Assembly: GCA_951406725.2 (NCBI GenBank)
Contig: OX597826.1
Location: 61,442,001 to 61,506,000, forward strand
DNA from: Octopus vulgaris
Taxonomy: Eukaryota
Length of the DNA stretch: 64,000 bases
Direction of reading: 5' to 3'
Under the pieces are notes generated by a model, which was not told where the DNA came from, searched no databases, and was given only the letters and a program-made list of their open reading frames with translations. Positions 1 through 13,111 of the stretch are shown here, piece by piece (position 1 is the stretch's first letter; the number at the start of each line of letters is the position of its first letter). The position numbers and the translations under genes are program-made.

Positions 1-1
1 G

Positions 2-2368
2 CATGGTCAGAAATTTAGGGACATACTCATCAAGAAATTTGATGAGAGGGAAGAGGAGCTTCAGACGTCAGACATAGAAGGTAGCTGGGAATTCCTACGG
101 GACAGCTTGTTGAGTGTCACAGACCAAGTTTGTGGATGGTGCAAAGTCCCTTCCAGACCTAGAATTACGTGGTGGTGGAATAGTGCAGTAGATAAAGCCA
201 TCTGTGAAAAGAGACGGGCCTGGAAAGCCTGGAAGGATGGGGGCAGCAGGGAACTGTACCAGATAGCCAAAAGGGAGGCTGGGCGGCAGGTATACATTGC
301 CAAAGATGTAGCAGAAAAGAAGAAGTTTGCCAATGTCCAGCGTCGCGAGGATCAAAGAGCTGAAGTATTTCGGATTGCCAGACAGTGTGTCAGAGAAAAT
401 AGCGATGTTATAGGAGAGAAATGTGTCCGCATGGATGATGGGGCACTTGCTTTTACTACTAGTGAAAAGAAAGAGGCTTGGAGAAGCCATTATGAAAGAC
501 TGCTAAATGAGGAGAATGAATGGGAGGAGGAGGAGAGCCTGCCAAATGTTGACCCAGTAGAGGGACCAGCTACCCGAATAGACAGCTCCCTTGTAGATAA
601 GGCAATTAAGGATATGAAACCAGGCAAAGCCCCTGGCCTATCAGGAATCACTGCTGAGATGCTTAAAACAGCTGGCTATGTGGGCCATGCCATAGTCACC
701 CGCATTGTAAACCAGGTAGTTCACAATGGAGCCATACCCAATGACTGGTGCAGCAGTACCATAGTCAACTGCTACAAGGGTAAGGGTGATGCTCTAGATA
801 GAAATAACTACAGAGGTATCAAACTGTTGGACCAGGTGATGAAGGTCTCAGAGAAGGTCATAACCAATCTCATTAGGGAGAGAATTTGTTTAGATGAAAT
901 GCAGTTCGGTTTTGTACCAGGTAGAAGCACCACTGATGCTATATTCCTGGTCCGACAACTGCAGGAGAAGTACCTAGCTAAAGATAAACCCCTCTACATA
1001 GCTTTTGTAGACTTGGAGAAAGCCTTTGACAGGGTTCCCCGTTCCCTTATCTGGTGGTCGATGCGGAAACTGGAGATTGAAGAATGGCTAATAAGGGCTG
1101 TACAGGCTCTATACAGAGAGGCTGTTAGCAAGGTTAGGATTGGCAACGAATATAGTGAAGAATTCCGAGTAGAAGTAGGTGTGCACCAGGGCTCAGCCCT
1201 CAGTCCCCTTTTGTTCATCATAGTCCTTCAGGCAATAACAGAGGAATTCAAAACGGGATGCCCCTGGGAGCTCCTCTATGCCGATGACCTAGCTCTCATA
1301 GCAGAATCACTACCGGAACTAGAAGAGAAATTTCGGGTATGGAAGCAAGGGTTGGAATCAAAGGGCCTTAGAATAAATGTAGCAAAGACCAAAGTATTAG
1401 TAAGCAGCAAGAGGTACTCAACACACATCCCCTCGGGTAGGTGGCCCTGCTCAACCTGTAAGAAAGGTACAGGTAGAAACTCCATAAGATGCACCCAATG
1501 TAAGTTATGGACACATAAGAGGTGCAGCAACATTAAAGGGAAATTAACAGATAAGATAGCTTTCATGTGCGGCAGATGCACAGGGACAATAGACACAACA
1601 GACACTCAGAAAACAGATTCCATCACACTCCAGGGAGAGAAACTAGAAGTAGTTGATAGTTTCCGCTACCTGGGAGACCAAGTTAGTAGCGGAGGTGGAT
1701 GCACAGAGAGTATCACCACTAGAATACGAATAGCCTGGGCAAAGTTCAGAAAGCTCCTACCCCTACTGGCAACAAAAGGCCTCTCCCTCAGAGCAAAAGG
1801 TAGATTGTATGATGCATGTGTGCGAACTGCCATGCTTCACGGTAATGAAACATGGGCTGTGACTGCAGAAGACATGCGTAGACTTGAAAGAAATGAAGCT
1901 AGCATGATCCGCTGGATGTGTAGTGTCAGTGTGCACGCAAAACAGAGTGTAAGTATCCTGAGAGAAATGCTGGATATAAGAAGCATCAGATGTGGTGTGC
2001 AAGAGCGACGCTTGCGATGGTATGGTCATGTGCTGCGGATGGATGAAGAGAGATGTGTGAAGAAGTGCCACTCCCAAACAGTTGAAGGTATCAGGGGGAG
2101 AGGTAGACCCAGGAAGACATGGGATGAGGTGGTCAAGCATGACCTCAGAGCATTGGGCCTCACTGAGGCAATGGCGAAGGACCGAGATCTCTGGAGATAT
2201 GCTGTGACTACAAAGACCCGGGCTGCTTTCTGCAGCAATTCCACATACCCCCTACCCATTCTAAGTATCCCGGATCCCCAAAGTACCCCGGATCCCCAAA
2301 GTACCCTGGATCCCCAAAATACCCCGATCCCCAAAGTACCCCGGACCTCGTTGCCCCCGTGCCGCTGA
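2..2368 (+). CDS. RTE-clade non-LTR retrotransposon ORF (RT + PHD-type zinc finger), 5' end outside window
   Basis: Frame is open from base 2. RT motifs YRGIKLL, QFGF, FVDLEKAFDRV, GVHQGSALSP, LLYADD, FRYLG. RTE-like C-terminus (RLRWYGHVLRM...RGRGRPRKTW). C4HC3 finger at 1448-1579. Confidence 0.95.
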   Translation, partial: HGQKFRDILIKKFDEREEELQTSDIEGSWEFLRDSLLSVTDQVCGWCKVPSRPRITWWWNSAVDKAICEKRRAWKAWKDGGSRELYQIAKREAGRQVYIAKDVAEKKKFANVQRREDQRAEVFRIARQCVRENSDVIGEKCVRMDDGALAFTTSEKKEAWRSHYERLLNEENEWEEEESLPNVDPVEGPATRIDSSLVDKAIKDMKPGKAPGLSGITAEMLKTAGYVGHAIVTRIVNQVVHNGAIPNDWCSSTIVNCYKGKGDALDRNNYRGIKLLDQVMKVSEKVITNLIRERICLDEMQFGFVPGRSTTDAIFLVRQLQEKYLAKDKPLYIAFVDLEKAFDRVPRSLIWWSMRKLEIEEWLIRAVQALYREAVSKVRIGNEYSEEFRVEVGVHQGSALSPLLFIIVLQAITEEFKTGCPWELLYADDLALIAESLPELEEKFRVWKQGLESKGLRINVAKTKVLVSSKRYSTHIPSGRWPCSTCKKGTGRNSIRCTQCKLWTHKRCSNIKGKLTDKIAFMCGRCTGTIDTTDTQKTDSITLQGEKLEVVDSFRYLGDQVSSGGGCTESITTRIRIAWAKFRKLLPLLATKGLSLRAKGRLYDACVRTAMLHGNETWAVTAEDMRRLERNEASMIRWMCSVSVHAKQSVSILREMLDIRSIRCGVQERRLRWYGHVLRMDEERCVKKCHSQTVEGIRGRGRPRKTWDEVVKHDLRALGLTEAMAKDRDLWRYAVTTKTRAAFCSNSTYPLPILSIPDPQSTPDPQSTLDPQNTPIPKVPRTSLPPCR
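2263..2346 (+). repeat. 18-bp tandem repeat (~4.5 copies) at the RTE ORF end
   Basis: CCCGGATCCCCAAAGTAC units, translated as PDPQST repeats. Confidence 0.85.
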
Positions 2369-2879
2369 CACGTTAAAATGCTCGAACCGATCGTGACGAT
2401 GCCGGACCCTCCGGCCCCTGTGCAGGTGGCACGTAAAAAGCACCCAATCCACTCACGGAGTGGTTGGCGTTAGGAAGGGCATCCAGCCGTAGAAACTCTG
2501 CCAGATTCAGACTGGAGCCTGGAGCGGCCCCTGGCTTCCCAGACCCGGTCAAACCGTCCAACCCGTGCTAGCGCGGAAAGCGGACGTTAAACGATGATGA
2601 TGATGATGATGATGATGATATATATAAAATGTACTGTTCGTTATGATATGTGGTTTGTCTGATGAATATGTTTGAGATATTTATGAACATATGAAACTAT
2701 TAGTGGCACTTAAAAACATGTATTGTGTCCTTTAGATAATATAAATACCCAAGCTATCTTCATATCAATCTCATTTTATTGTGGAACTCAATCTGGCTGA
2801 TTTCTATCAAAGGTACAAGATTTCATTAATTATAAGACAGTAAACAACTAGATTAGTATTTAATAAAATGTCAACTTAC

Positions 2880-3021
2880 CTGCACATGAAATCCATTTGT
2901 CCTATTGGCGAGAGTTTATGCAAGGTGAGATTCGGATTTAATTTCGACAGACAATTCCGATATTCATGGAGAGCATTCCCCATACAACCATTGATCGATG
3001 GTATAAGTGGAGAAATAGTAA
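2880..3021 (-). CDS. Orphan exon-2 paralog (copy A) of the Cys-rich secreted/GPI protein family
   Basis: ttcag acceptor and gtaagt donor, 142 nt, phase 1 to 2. Encodes TISPLIPSINGCMGNALHEYRNCLSKLNPNLTLHKLSPIGQMDFMC. Homologous to 22881-23028, and flanking intron is homologous too. Confidence 0.75.
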
Positions 3022-3799
3022 CTGAAATGTATAATGAGTAAATAATTATTTAAGAAATTAGTTGTAAGTATTTATGCGTTTAGTTATGTAATGTGTGTCT
3101 ATTTTGAGTCTGTTTGTGCATGAGTATGTGTGGCCAACGATTCGCTCTATTACTTTTAACATCTTAGCATTTACAGAACACTGTAGCATTACAATTGTGT
3201 GGTAATATTTGCAATAACATGGGTTTAGGTTCGATTCTATTGTGCACCACATTGAATCTATTTCAGTTGATCAATAAGTTTTGGTTATAGATTTTTTAAT
3301 CGAAAAGCAAAAACAATCTACTATCAGGAATTGTACACAGAAGCACGTATCCACCTCCACACATTTATACACTAGAGAAAATAAGCAAATTAAAAATAGG
3401 ATATTTAATTGTTATCTGGAGTTTTGTAGACTGCGGTTATGTCATGCAACTTTGTCGTAAAGACGAGGAGTAGGGTTCTCAATGATTGTGCCAATTAACT
3501 CATTAGTGCTGTACTGTGAATTCGGCCTACAAGGTAGTCAGGAGGAATGCCGACATTCTCAGTCTGTCAACCAGTCAAGAGAACAAGGATGGCTCAAAAT
3601 TCAACTGATCAGAATACCTGACGAGATGGCTTTGTTATGTACTTCAGATTATGTAATACATTTAACAACAAATAACTAGCAATACAAAGCTATAAAGTGA
3701 AACAAGTGTAGTATGTTTCCTACAAAATCTACACACACATATACATACACATCTATCTATCTGGCAGAGTGTAGATATATGTTTATTTATATGATAGCA

Positions 3800-4140
3800 G
3801 GTACAAATTGCATTCCATAAAATTTCGGACATTTTCAGGAGAGGCATTTATTAATTCCAAAGAAGTAGAAAACTCTAAACCCCTTCAATATAAGATCCTC
3901 TGACTTCAATGCACATATAATTCTCCAGTAACTTCGTGAAGGCTCCATGGAATTCCTCTAATGTTAGGGTATCGAGGACTCTTGTCACAGTCTTCTTCAC
4001 TTTCGAAATGATTGCCCTTGAGCTCTTCGTTCAGCAAGATCTAGAGTGCAAGGAGAGTGAGGGACAGTTTTGATGCCAATCTAGTTAATCAGAATGCTCA
4101 TCAGTGAGCAGCACAACATAGCAAACATAGGGGACAAACT
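3800..4140 (-). mobile_element. Degraded mariner 3' remnant
   Basis: Similar to the remnant at 57045-57400; no open frame. Confidence 0.4.
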
Positions 4141-4201
4141 TTGGTTTCTGATTTAGGCATCTCGTGGAGATAGAGTTAATCGATACGTAAGTCACCGAGT
4201 T

Positions 4202-4412
4202 TCATTTTGTAGCTAATCGCAAAAACGTATGATTCGAAACAGCAAGGGAAATGAAGGAGATATATGGAAGTGATTTTATACCAGATGAAGAAATACTGTT
4301 GATTGATCTGCATGTGTGAGACATTATATTATAGCCGTAGTTTTGCATTATTTTAGTAAACTTTTCTGGACACCTAAAGTCGGCCAGTTTTTCAATTCCC
4401 TCTGCCAAAAGT
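4202..4412 (-). CDS. Gene B exon 5 (terminal coding exon)
   Basis: ttttcag acceptor, phase 2 matches exon 4. Encodes (P)LLAEGIEKLADFRCPEKFTKIMQNYGYNIMSHTCRSINSISSSGIKSLPYISFISLAVSNHTFLRLATK*. Paralog of 62922-63123. Confidence 0.85.
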
Positions 4413-5340
4413 CTGAAAAGATAAAAATATCATCTTGAAGGTTCATTTTAGTTTTCACAAAGCACAAAAACAATAGGTAACTACATACAATTTGATACCA
4501 GAAAATTAGCAATGGATATTTAATGGGTAAATAAGATTACATATTTACAATGGAATTATAAAATTTTCAGTTTATTCTCCAGATATCACTTCCGGTTTTC
4601 ATTTTATAAAATATATCACAACTTTGAAAATTGGAAAATTCGATGAGGTATAAAATAAGAGGTGTAGAATATGTTTTCAAATACCCCTCACAATCTTTAT
4701 TTTCTACTTAATATATTTGGGAAAATGATAAATCAACTCTAATCTATCAAAAGCCAAATGTATTTTAATGAAAATTGTGTGCACTTTTTCGATAAGCTTT
4801 CTTATACGATTTTTCTCTGAATCCGTTTTCAGCTTCGATTTTTACATCAAAGGAAGCTGAAATCATTGATATGCCTGCACTAAATGATTCTTATTCATTT
4901 TGGATATCACCTGGAAAATGACCGCTTTTAGTGAAGCTATGGTATTCTGAAGATGCCGAATAGTCTCCCTTTCAGTAGTACTCCAAATGCGATTAAAATC
5001 TGACGAGTTCAGAGGCTACAAGTTCAGATATCGTATGTCAGGATATCGTAATGATATCCTGCCATTCATTCTTGGATTATGTAGGCTTTGTGAAATGGTG
5101 CTGAGTATTATTGAAACACGTATGGCATTTCACTGCGTACTTCACCCTGGTTTTAACAATTGTCCTTAGTATCTTAACGTATTCACCAACATAACTTCTA
5201 CCACCCTTACGATAAGACGTGTACATTTATATCTAACCTACTCCTGAACGCTCGACAAATGTAGAGAACGTTTTTCCACGTTCAATGTAGAGACGTTTTT
5301 AACTATATATGTACGCTTCTCTTTCTGCGTGCATATTAAG

Positions 5341-5428
5341 CATCTATCTATCTGTCTGTCTGTCTATCTGTCTGTCTGTCTGTCTATCTGTCTGTCTGTC
5401 TGTCTGTCTGTCCATCTGTCTGTCTGTG
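5341..5428. repeat. (TCTG/TCTA)n microsatellite
   Basis: Direct inspection. Confidence 0.9.
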
Positions 5429-5791
5429 TGGGTTTATCGACATGTAGTCCGCATGTTTTCGCAGGCATATATGAACAAGATATTCGCAGTGACACGTACA
5501 TCAGTATCCACAACGTGGATATTAACATTACAATTGTAATATGAAAATTTTTTTTCAAAAGTAACATGTTAATACTTAGCATATAGCATATTTATAACAT
5601 TTAGCATTTTACAGCATATATTATAGCGTATAGCATATTTATCATACTGCTCAGGAGAGATGGAAATCAACCCAAGTGAGATCCGATTATAGGGCGTTGA
5701 GGTTTGAGTCTAATTGCATTAACACTTTTCCACGTCTATCAATCATCACTGAAGCATCATTAAATAATCAAAACAAGTTTTCTCTACATAC

Positions 5792-5945
5792 GGACAATAT
5801 TTCCTGTTGTATTCTTCTCTTGTAATTATATTTTGTGCCTGCTGCATAAATAAGTTAGTCCCTTTCTCGAGGAGCTGCTGAAATCCCGATGATGTATTTG
5901 TTACTCTAGTATTTTGTATTAAACACGGCATGCCATCAAGTATAT
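5792..5945 (-). CDS. Gene B exon 4
   Basis: tttcag acceptor and gtatgt donor, 154 nt, phase 1 to 2. Encodes (D)ILDGMPCLIQNTRVTNTSSGFQQLLEKGTNLFMQQAQNIITREEYNRKYC(P). Confidence 0.85.
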
Positions 5946-6066
5946 CTGAAATAAATTGAAGTAAAATGTGCTATAAATTACTATTTTATTTACAGTTTCT
6001 TTAAATCATCTGTCTGTTTATAAGTATATTTGTCTATGTACATGTGTGTATTATGTCAGTGTGTTA

Positions 6067-6123
<57 letters not shown>

Positions 6124-8056
6124 CAGTGAATATTTCACAAGTGTAATAGAGAATATAGTATTTCAGATAAGTAAGAATTGCTGTTATAAAGATAGAAGGA
6201 ATGAGTGATGAGGTGGAGTAGTCTTTGCAACTTCCACTTTGCCAGTCTGTCGGAGAAGTAATTGTTTTTTAGGATTGTATCTATAGAGTTATTTTTTTAA
6301 TCTGACTGATATCAAAGAGCAACATCACTTATGATAGAGTTAACATGTATCAGGAATTCCATGCACAGAGAGAACGATGTGGGACATGTAATTAATCCTC
6401 GCCAATACCAAAGCTGAGTGTGAATGTATTAGATAAGTTAGAGCCACTTCATAGGGAATTTCCAGTACAGACATATAGTTTAGCCCGAAGTTTCTTAATT
6501 TGGAAACGGTCGACAACTACTCTCGATGAATAACAATATTTCTTCCAACGATCAACATTATTTTCTAATCGTAATGGATGTTGTTCAGCGGAAAGTGCAC
6601 TACTTGATACTAGTTAAGTAAAGAGTGCCAGACCAGGTGATCATTATTAACCATCACTGTTACGTTTGAGATGTGGGCGCAAAGGTCAACAATTTTCTGG
6701 CTACGTGAGACATGCGAAGATGTATGTTTATGAGGAAAGATTCAATAATTCTCATAGGTTGTATCACTTGATAACGGGTCAAGAATAAAGAACATTGATT
6801 TCAGAAACAGTCAGTTTAGAATTAGAAGACTCCTGTCCAATTTGCTAATTTGACATGACAAGAAATTAAAGTTGCATAGACTGTTGGTCATTAATTTGGG
6901 AAGGAATAATTAAACGATTATGTGATGAATCGATGTGATTAAAATATGTGGATTAGGAGATTATGTGATTGTATATAATGGAATGTGAGTTGCAAGACAT
7001 TTAGGTTAAAATTCCTGATATAGTTTCTTTGCTCTAAGCCACATCACTCGTGGACTTCGACTCGAACTCGAGAGTACAGTATGTCTTTCATTGAAGTTTT
7101 CGTAGCCACAGTCTGGGAGCAGCTGCACGATTTCCTAACCAACGTACAGAGTGCTTTTACGAGACATCAGTCGTAAGAAAGACCGTTGGCTCACAATCAG
7201 CTCATCCATCCTTTGACGAGGTTTGTTTTTATTCCTGTCTGGTGAACACAATACTCACCTCACCAGGTACACCTGGTGGGGCAGTTAGTTTAGTCAACGA
7301 CCACCCGAAGATGAAATAGGAAATTCCTGCTACTGGGATCAACTAACCTATTTATACCTGACCTCTTATATATATTGATTGGCTCGACCATCTGCTGCAA
7401 AGTTTAGCTGTGGAAATCTCAGGAAGAAACTGAATTTTCATTACAGCATTGAATGAAGATAATACAGAGAACAGCACAGCTACAATCTCTGAGTAGGACT
7501 AACTTTGATATAATAAACATAATAGCAAGCTTGCTATGTTGTGTTGAGAAAATACAAAAAAATTACTGTTTTTGACTGATCTGAAAATTTCAAGTTAACA
7601 CACGTCCAGAAAAACCTGTCCTGGTTTAATTTATGCGTGCAGTTTGTGAAATGTTTCTAGGAGTACCAGCAGTTCGAAATGCTCTTTTTTCAGTAAGTAA
7701 ACTCACGTCCCATTGCTGTAGCATGTATTTCTATGAATCGTTAAAACGTGGATGTGATATACCTCGATATAGCAAATGCTTTTAAAGAGGTTAATCATTC
7801 TTGTCTTTCTTAAACCCCTTATCCTCCTGGCTATTCACAAAACTCTCGAGCATCTAACTCATGAATTGTGCCGATCAGTATCTTTGTATATTTCTGGTAT
7901 GCACCCATACAAAAATATATTCCACCATACGCCATACTTCTCTACCCGATTTTGTCTCGTTACTTTTCACAATTTTATATGCAGTCAAAATTATTGTTAC
8001 CGGCATATTACCCAAATATATTACTTTCTACCGCGCTCGCAGAATTTGCATGCTTG

Positions 8057-8797
<741 letters not shown>

Positions 8798-11700
8798 TGA
8801 TTGATTGATTGATTGATTCTAGTTTCAGCTTATGAGCTGTGGCCATGCTGGGGCACCGCCATTTGGTGTTGCTACTTGGTTTCACTTCATGGAGGCTTTC
8901 TAGCAACTGCTATTTGGTGCATGAGAGAGTTCGATGCAGCTGCCCTCATCTGCCCCTCCTGCCGTGAAGTTGGTTCATCTGGGACACCTGACAGGAAGAG
9001 ATCCAGCTTCATTTTAAAGACATCTGTATCCACCCCATGCAGGTCTCTCAGGTTCTTCGGGGGATATTGAAGAGCTGTGGGCCTCGGAAGCCCAGGCTAT
9101 CACAGAATCTTGTCCTACATCTTGATGGCAGGTTTGGAGTCCTAGGCACCACGCAGTGGCGCCCAGTTCTGGCATTTGCGTAACTCTCGATGCCAAAGTT
9201 CAGGACACTTCCCTCCAGGATCTTCCAGATGTATATTATGGCATATCTTTCCCGCCTACGCTCCAGGGAATATAATTTTAATCTCTTGAGTCTTTCCCAG
9301 TAGCTTACATTCTGCATAGAGGCTATCTTCTTTGTGTAGCTTCGTTGGATCGCCTCAAGTTCTGTGATCAACTTGACACTGGATGGTGACCATAGCTGAG
9401 AGCAATAGTCAAAGTGGCTTAGGACAAGTGTCTTCCAGAGGACCATCATGGTTTCTTGTTCTCTTGTTCTAAAGGTTCTAAGAATCCATCCAGCCAGCCG
9501 TCTACATTTCATTGTCAGTTTAGCAACATGTACATGAAAGGTCGCGTCATCACTCATGTGAATACCCAGGTCACGCACTGATTGTGCCTCTGGGATTGCA
9601 ATCCCTCCGGGTCCAGTGTATTCATTGGGTGTTGCATTCAGTTTTGCATGCTGATAGTATAAAGCTTGAAACTTTCCAGCATTGAACTGCATGCTATTCT
9701 TTTCAGTCCACTTGTATATTTCGTCCAGCTCACATTGCAGGTGTTTAGTGTCCTCAGGGTTCTGTATTGCCTGTGAGACTTTTGTATCATCTGCATAACT
9801 TGTGATCGTGGCTCTCTGCGTGGCTGAGGGCATGTCTGAGAGGGCCATTATGAACAGTAGTGGTCCCAGAACAGTGCCCTGCGGAACACCGCTCACTATT
9901 TGTGTGTTAATGGAGGTGGCCCCATTGGCTACTACCACCTGACTTCTATCCTTCAGAAAGTCATGAAGCCATTCTCCCAGTTTTCCAACTATGTTGAGAT
10001 CACGCAGTTTGTGACATATCATTCCATGATCGACTTTATCAAAGGCCTTTGCAAAGTCGAGATATATCACTTCCACATTTGAGTGGTTGAGCAGCCGTTT
10101 CAGCACCCAGTCATAGTGTTGTAGGAGCTGAGTTAAACAGCTTCTCCCTGGTCGGAAACCATGTTGGGTGTCGGGCAGCAAGTCATTCTCTTCAAGGAAG
10201 GTGATCAGCTTCCTTCTGACTATTCGTTCCATGACCTTGCTGATGTGTGAGGTCAGAGAGATAGGTCTATAGTTCTTGGCTTCCGCTCTGCTACCTCCTT
10301 TATGAATGGGGCATATTTTACCTTCCTTCAGTTTTCCTGGAAGTTTGCCAGCTGCAAGGAAGCTCTGAAAGAGGAACTGCAGTGGTCTTGCTAGGACTCT
10401 CTTACATGCTTTTAGGAGGATTGCCGGGAATCCATCGGGGCCAGTAGCTGAGTCTGTTTTCATTTCATCTATAGCCTTGGTTACATCGTCTTCCTTTATA
10501 TCGATGTAATCTATCGTCGCCGCCTCTGATTTTATATCTGCAGTGGTAAAAAAGTCAGTTGGATTGGTGATTTGGAGATGCCCAAGGGGTGGAGTGAAAA
10601 CACTCTTGAATTGCTCATTCAGTATTTCACTTACCCTCATTGGTTTTCCTGTAAGTGTGCCATCCTTTTCAAGGAGTGGCCCTATTCTACAGTGCACTGT
10701 AGCTGTTTCTTTGGCATACCTGTAGAAAGCTCTGGGGTTAGATTTTATGTTTTCTATAGCCCAGGCTTCTTTGTCTGCTCTTTCTTTTTCATGGGAGAGT
10801 TGCAGACATTTTTCGATTTCCAACAGTTTTATTTTTAGGCGGGACTTTTCACTGCTTTCAATCTGTTTGTTTAGGCGATTTGAAAATTTCGTACGCCGTC
10901 TCATTAAAATTTTCCTCTCTCTGGCGATTTTGTTCTTGTGTACAGTGGCCTTTCTCTCTGGGACACATTTGTAGCATATGGCTTGCATTACAGACATGAA
11001 TTGTTGAAGTTTCACGTCGATGTCTGGCGAGGAGAGACATTCAGGCCAGTTTTGTTTGAGGATCTCTTTCTCAATTTGTTTCCAGTTTGCCTTATGGTAG
11101 TTCAAGCTGGAAAGATTTTGAGGGTTTCTTGTAGGCTGCATGTCCGTGCTCTCTTTTGGCCCGTACATGGTCAGCTCTATCATGTTGTGATCCGAGAGTA
11201 GTGTCGGTGTCACTTTCACATTATGGATGAGATCCATGTCATTTGTGAAGCAGAGATCCAGTGTGTTACCTGCCCTGGTTGGTTGGAGTATTACCTGCTC
11301 CATGTACAGGGTGTTGATGAGGTTCAGGAGGGACCTCGCCTGTCCTCGTTCACATCTTGTCATTCCTGGGAGAGAAAGGCCCTCGGGCCATCTGACATTG
11401 GGCAGATTGAAGTCTCCCATAAGAAGCACACCTATGTGTTGTTCTAATGTGGTTAGAATTTCTTCTATTTTTATAAGGCAGTCTTCGAACTTGCCCACAT
11501 GGCTTGGGGTATCTGGAGGGCGATATGTAGCACACACAACTACATCAAGTTGCCTAATATGTACAATTAGTGTGTCACACACCGAGTTTGAGTATGACAA
11601 GAGGACCTGGGGTGTGAGGTCCTCACGGATGTACATAGCAACACCTCCATGACTCCTTTCTTTCCTGTCGGTCCGTAGTACAGCATACTGTGGTATGTGT

Positions 11701-11947
11701 AACTCCGCATCTGCTATGTCCGGTTTCAGGTGCGTTTCTGTAAGTGCTATGCATAAGGCTTGATTGCATGCAACAAAGTCTCTCAGGAACGGGATCTTTG
11801 TCCTGTTACTGAGTGTTTGCAGTCCTCTGATGTTCAGTAGGAGTATCGAGGTGAGGTGTACGTTGTTGCCGGCGGTGTCCATCCTGTGTCTGTTTGCTGT
11901 GGTGGTCTGGTATATAGTGGGTAGTCCCACCTGCGGGCTTGGGTTTG

Positions 11948-11948
<1 letters not shown>
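8798..11948 (-). mobile_element. CR1/L2-group LINE, 5'-truncated just upstream of ORF2, inserted in (TA)n
   Basis: APE + RT ORF2, short 3' UTR ending in an (ATCA)n tail at 8798-8818, TA arrays on both sides. Confidence 0.92.
9048..11882 (-). CDS. LINE ORF2 (AP endonuclease + reverse transcriptase)
   Basis: From MDTAGNN: APE motifs NIRGL, LTETH, MGDFN, LDL, SDH; RT motifs [28 protein letters not shown] 1-bp frameshift near 9063 cuts off the last ~58 aa, which continue in another frame to a stop at 8887. Confidence 0.92.
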   Translation of the reverse strand: MDTAGNNVHLTSILLLNIRGLQTLSNRTKIPFLRDFVACNQALCIALTETHLKPDIADAELHIPQYAVLRTDRKERSHGGVAMYIREDLTPQVLLSYSNSVCDTLIVHIRQLDVVVCATYRPPDTPSHVGKFEDCLIKIEEILTTLEQHIGVLLMGDFNLPNVRWPEGLSLPGMTRCERGQARSLLNLINTLYMEQVILQPTRAGNTLDLCFTNDMDLIHNVKVTPTLLSDHNMIELTMYGPKESTDMQPTRNPQNLSSLNYHKANWKQIEKEILKQNWPECLSSPDIDVKLQQFMSVMQAICYKCVPERKATVHKNKIARERKILMRRRTKFSNRLNKQIESSEKSRLKIKLLEIEKCLQLSHEKERADKEAWAIENIKSNPRAFYRYAKETATVHCRIGPLLEKDGTLTGKPMRVSEILNEQFKSVFTPPLGHLQITNPTDFFTTADIKSEAATIDYIDIKEDDVTKAIDEMKTDSATGPDGFPAILLKACKRVLARPLQFLFQSFLAAGKLPGKLKEGKICPIHKGGSRAEAKNYRPISLTSHISKVMERIVRRKLITFLEENDLLPDTQHGFRPGRSCLTQLLQHYDWVLKRLLNHSNVEVIYLDFAKAFDKVDHGMICHKLRDLNIVGKLGEWLHDFLKDRSQVVVANGATSINTQIVSGVPQGTVLGPLLFIMALSDMPSATQRATITSYADDTKVSQAIQNPEDTKHLQCELDEIYKWTEKNSMQFNAGKFQALYYQHAKLNATPNEYTGPGGIAIPEAQSVRDLGIHMSDDATFHVHVAKLTMKCRRLAGWILRTFRTREQETMMVLWKTLVLSHFDYCSQLWSPSSVKLITELEAIQRSYTKKIASMQNVSYWERLKRLKLYSLERRRERYAIIYIWKILEGSVLNFGIESYANARTGRHCVVPRTPNLPSRCRTRFCDSLGFRGPQLFNIPRRT

Positions 11949-12203
<255 letters not shown>

Positions 12204-12477
12204 ATAAAAGTAAATATAATTTCTTATATATACTATTGGAATTTAAAGAAATACCCTTTGATTAAGGTGGCGTATTTAATAATATTTGTAATTATAAGGC
12301 AAAATATCAATTATGACTAATTATGAACAAAAAAAAAAAACAAAACAAGTAGTGAAGAAGGTATACTGATGGTCATACTTTGGACGACAGCTGTGAAACA
12401 GGAAAGCTGTCCGTTTGTATTACTTGACTAACAATGACGAGAGAAATAACCCTAACAAGAGGAAAACTAAATCTTAC

Positions 12478-12623
12478 CGTCTTCGTCTTCACACAGTTTC
12501 TCGCTGGCCTGGATCATATTCGAGATATTCACCCCAAGCATATCTGCGACTATGCTAACTTGATTACAACTTTTTAATTTGTCGAAGCAAGACTGTAATA
12601 CCAGTTTGTCATTTGATCCCATT
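12478..12623 (-). CDS. Gene B exon 3
   Basis: Polypyrimidine tract + ttctag acceptor, gtaaga donor, 146 nt, phase 2 to 1. Encodes (K)MGSNDKLVLQSCFDKLKSCNQVSIVADMLGVNISNMIQASEKLCEDED. Phases fit exons 2 and 4. Confidence 0.82.
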
Positions 12624-12658
12624 CTAGAAAAAGAAATAAATTTAGAAGACAGATGTAC

Positions 12659-12707
<49 letters not shown>

Positions 12708-12708
<1 letters not shown>

Positions 12709-13111
12709 TAGCAGCATAGCCCGGCGTTTCCCGGGTATGTAAGAGCCCCTAGTAGGCAACGACTAATCCCAATCTAGTCCTTTCCCTCTAGGGAACGAAG
12801 GCGCATGTGTAGGTTGCAATGTCTTCTCTTCACTCGAATACTTCTGTGTATACGATGTTCCTAGCTGTCCCTAGCTGTCGAGTTGTGCCCCCTAGACAGA
12901 AAATGTGTTGCATATAAAAAGCTTAGATTCTCGACCCCATGTCGAATTTATCAATTTTTTTTAGAACTGGGAGAATTTTTCAAAATTTTCGCTGCGTTAG
13001 TTTTGAATTATGACATTGGGCTATGTGTGTGTCAAGTTTCATCAGAATCGGTTGAAAACCGTGGTCAGGGTGAGGGTACAACCTGACAGACACACAGACA
13101 GACAAACTGCC

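Larger units (their letters stand above)
1..2618 (+). mobile_element. RTE LINE including 3' UTR and (GAT)n tail
   Basis: ORF followed by a GC-rich 3' UTR (GTTGGCGTTAGGAAGGGCATCCAGCCG) ending in a GAT microsatellite at ~2593-2618. Confidence 0.9.

Noticed and set aside
6280-7500. Possible additional exons or a retroelement relic in intron 3
   Set aside because: No supportable open frame or motifs; exon 3 to exon 4 phases already match without it.
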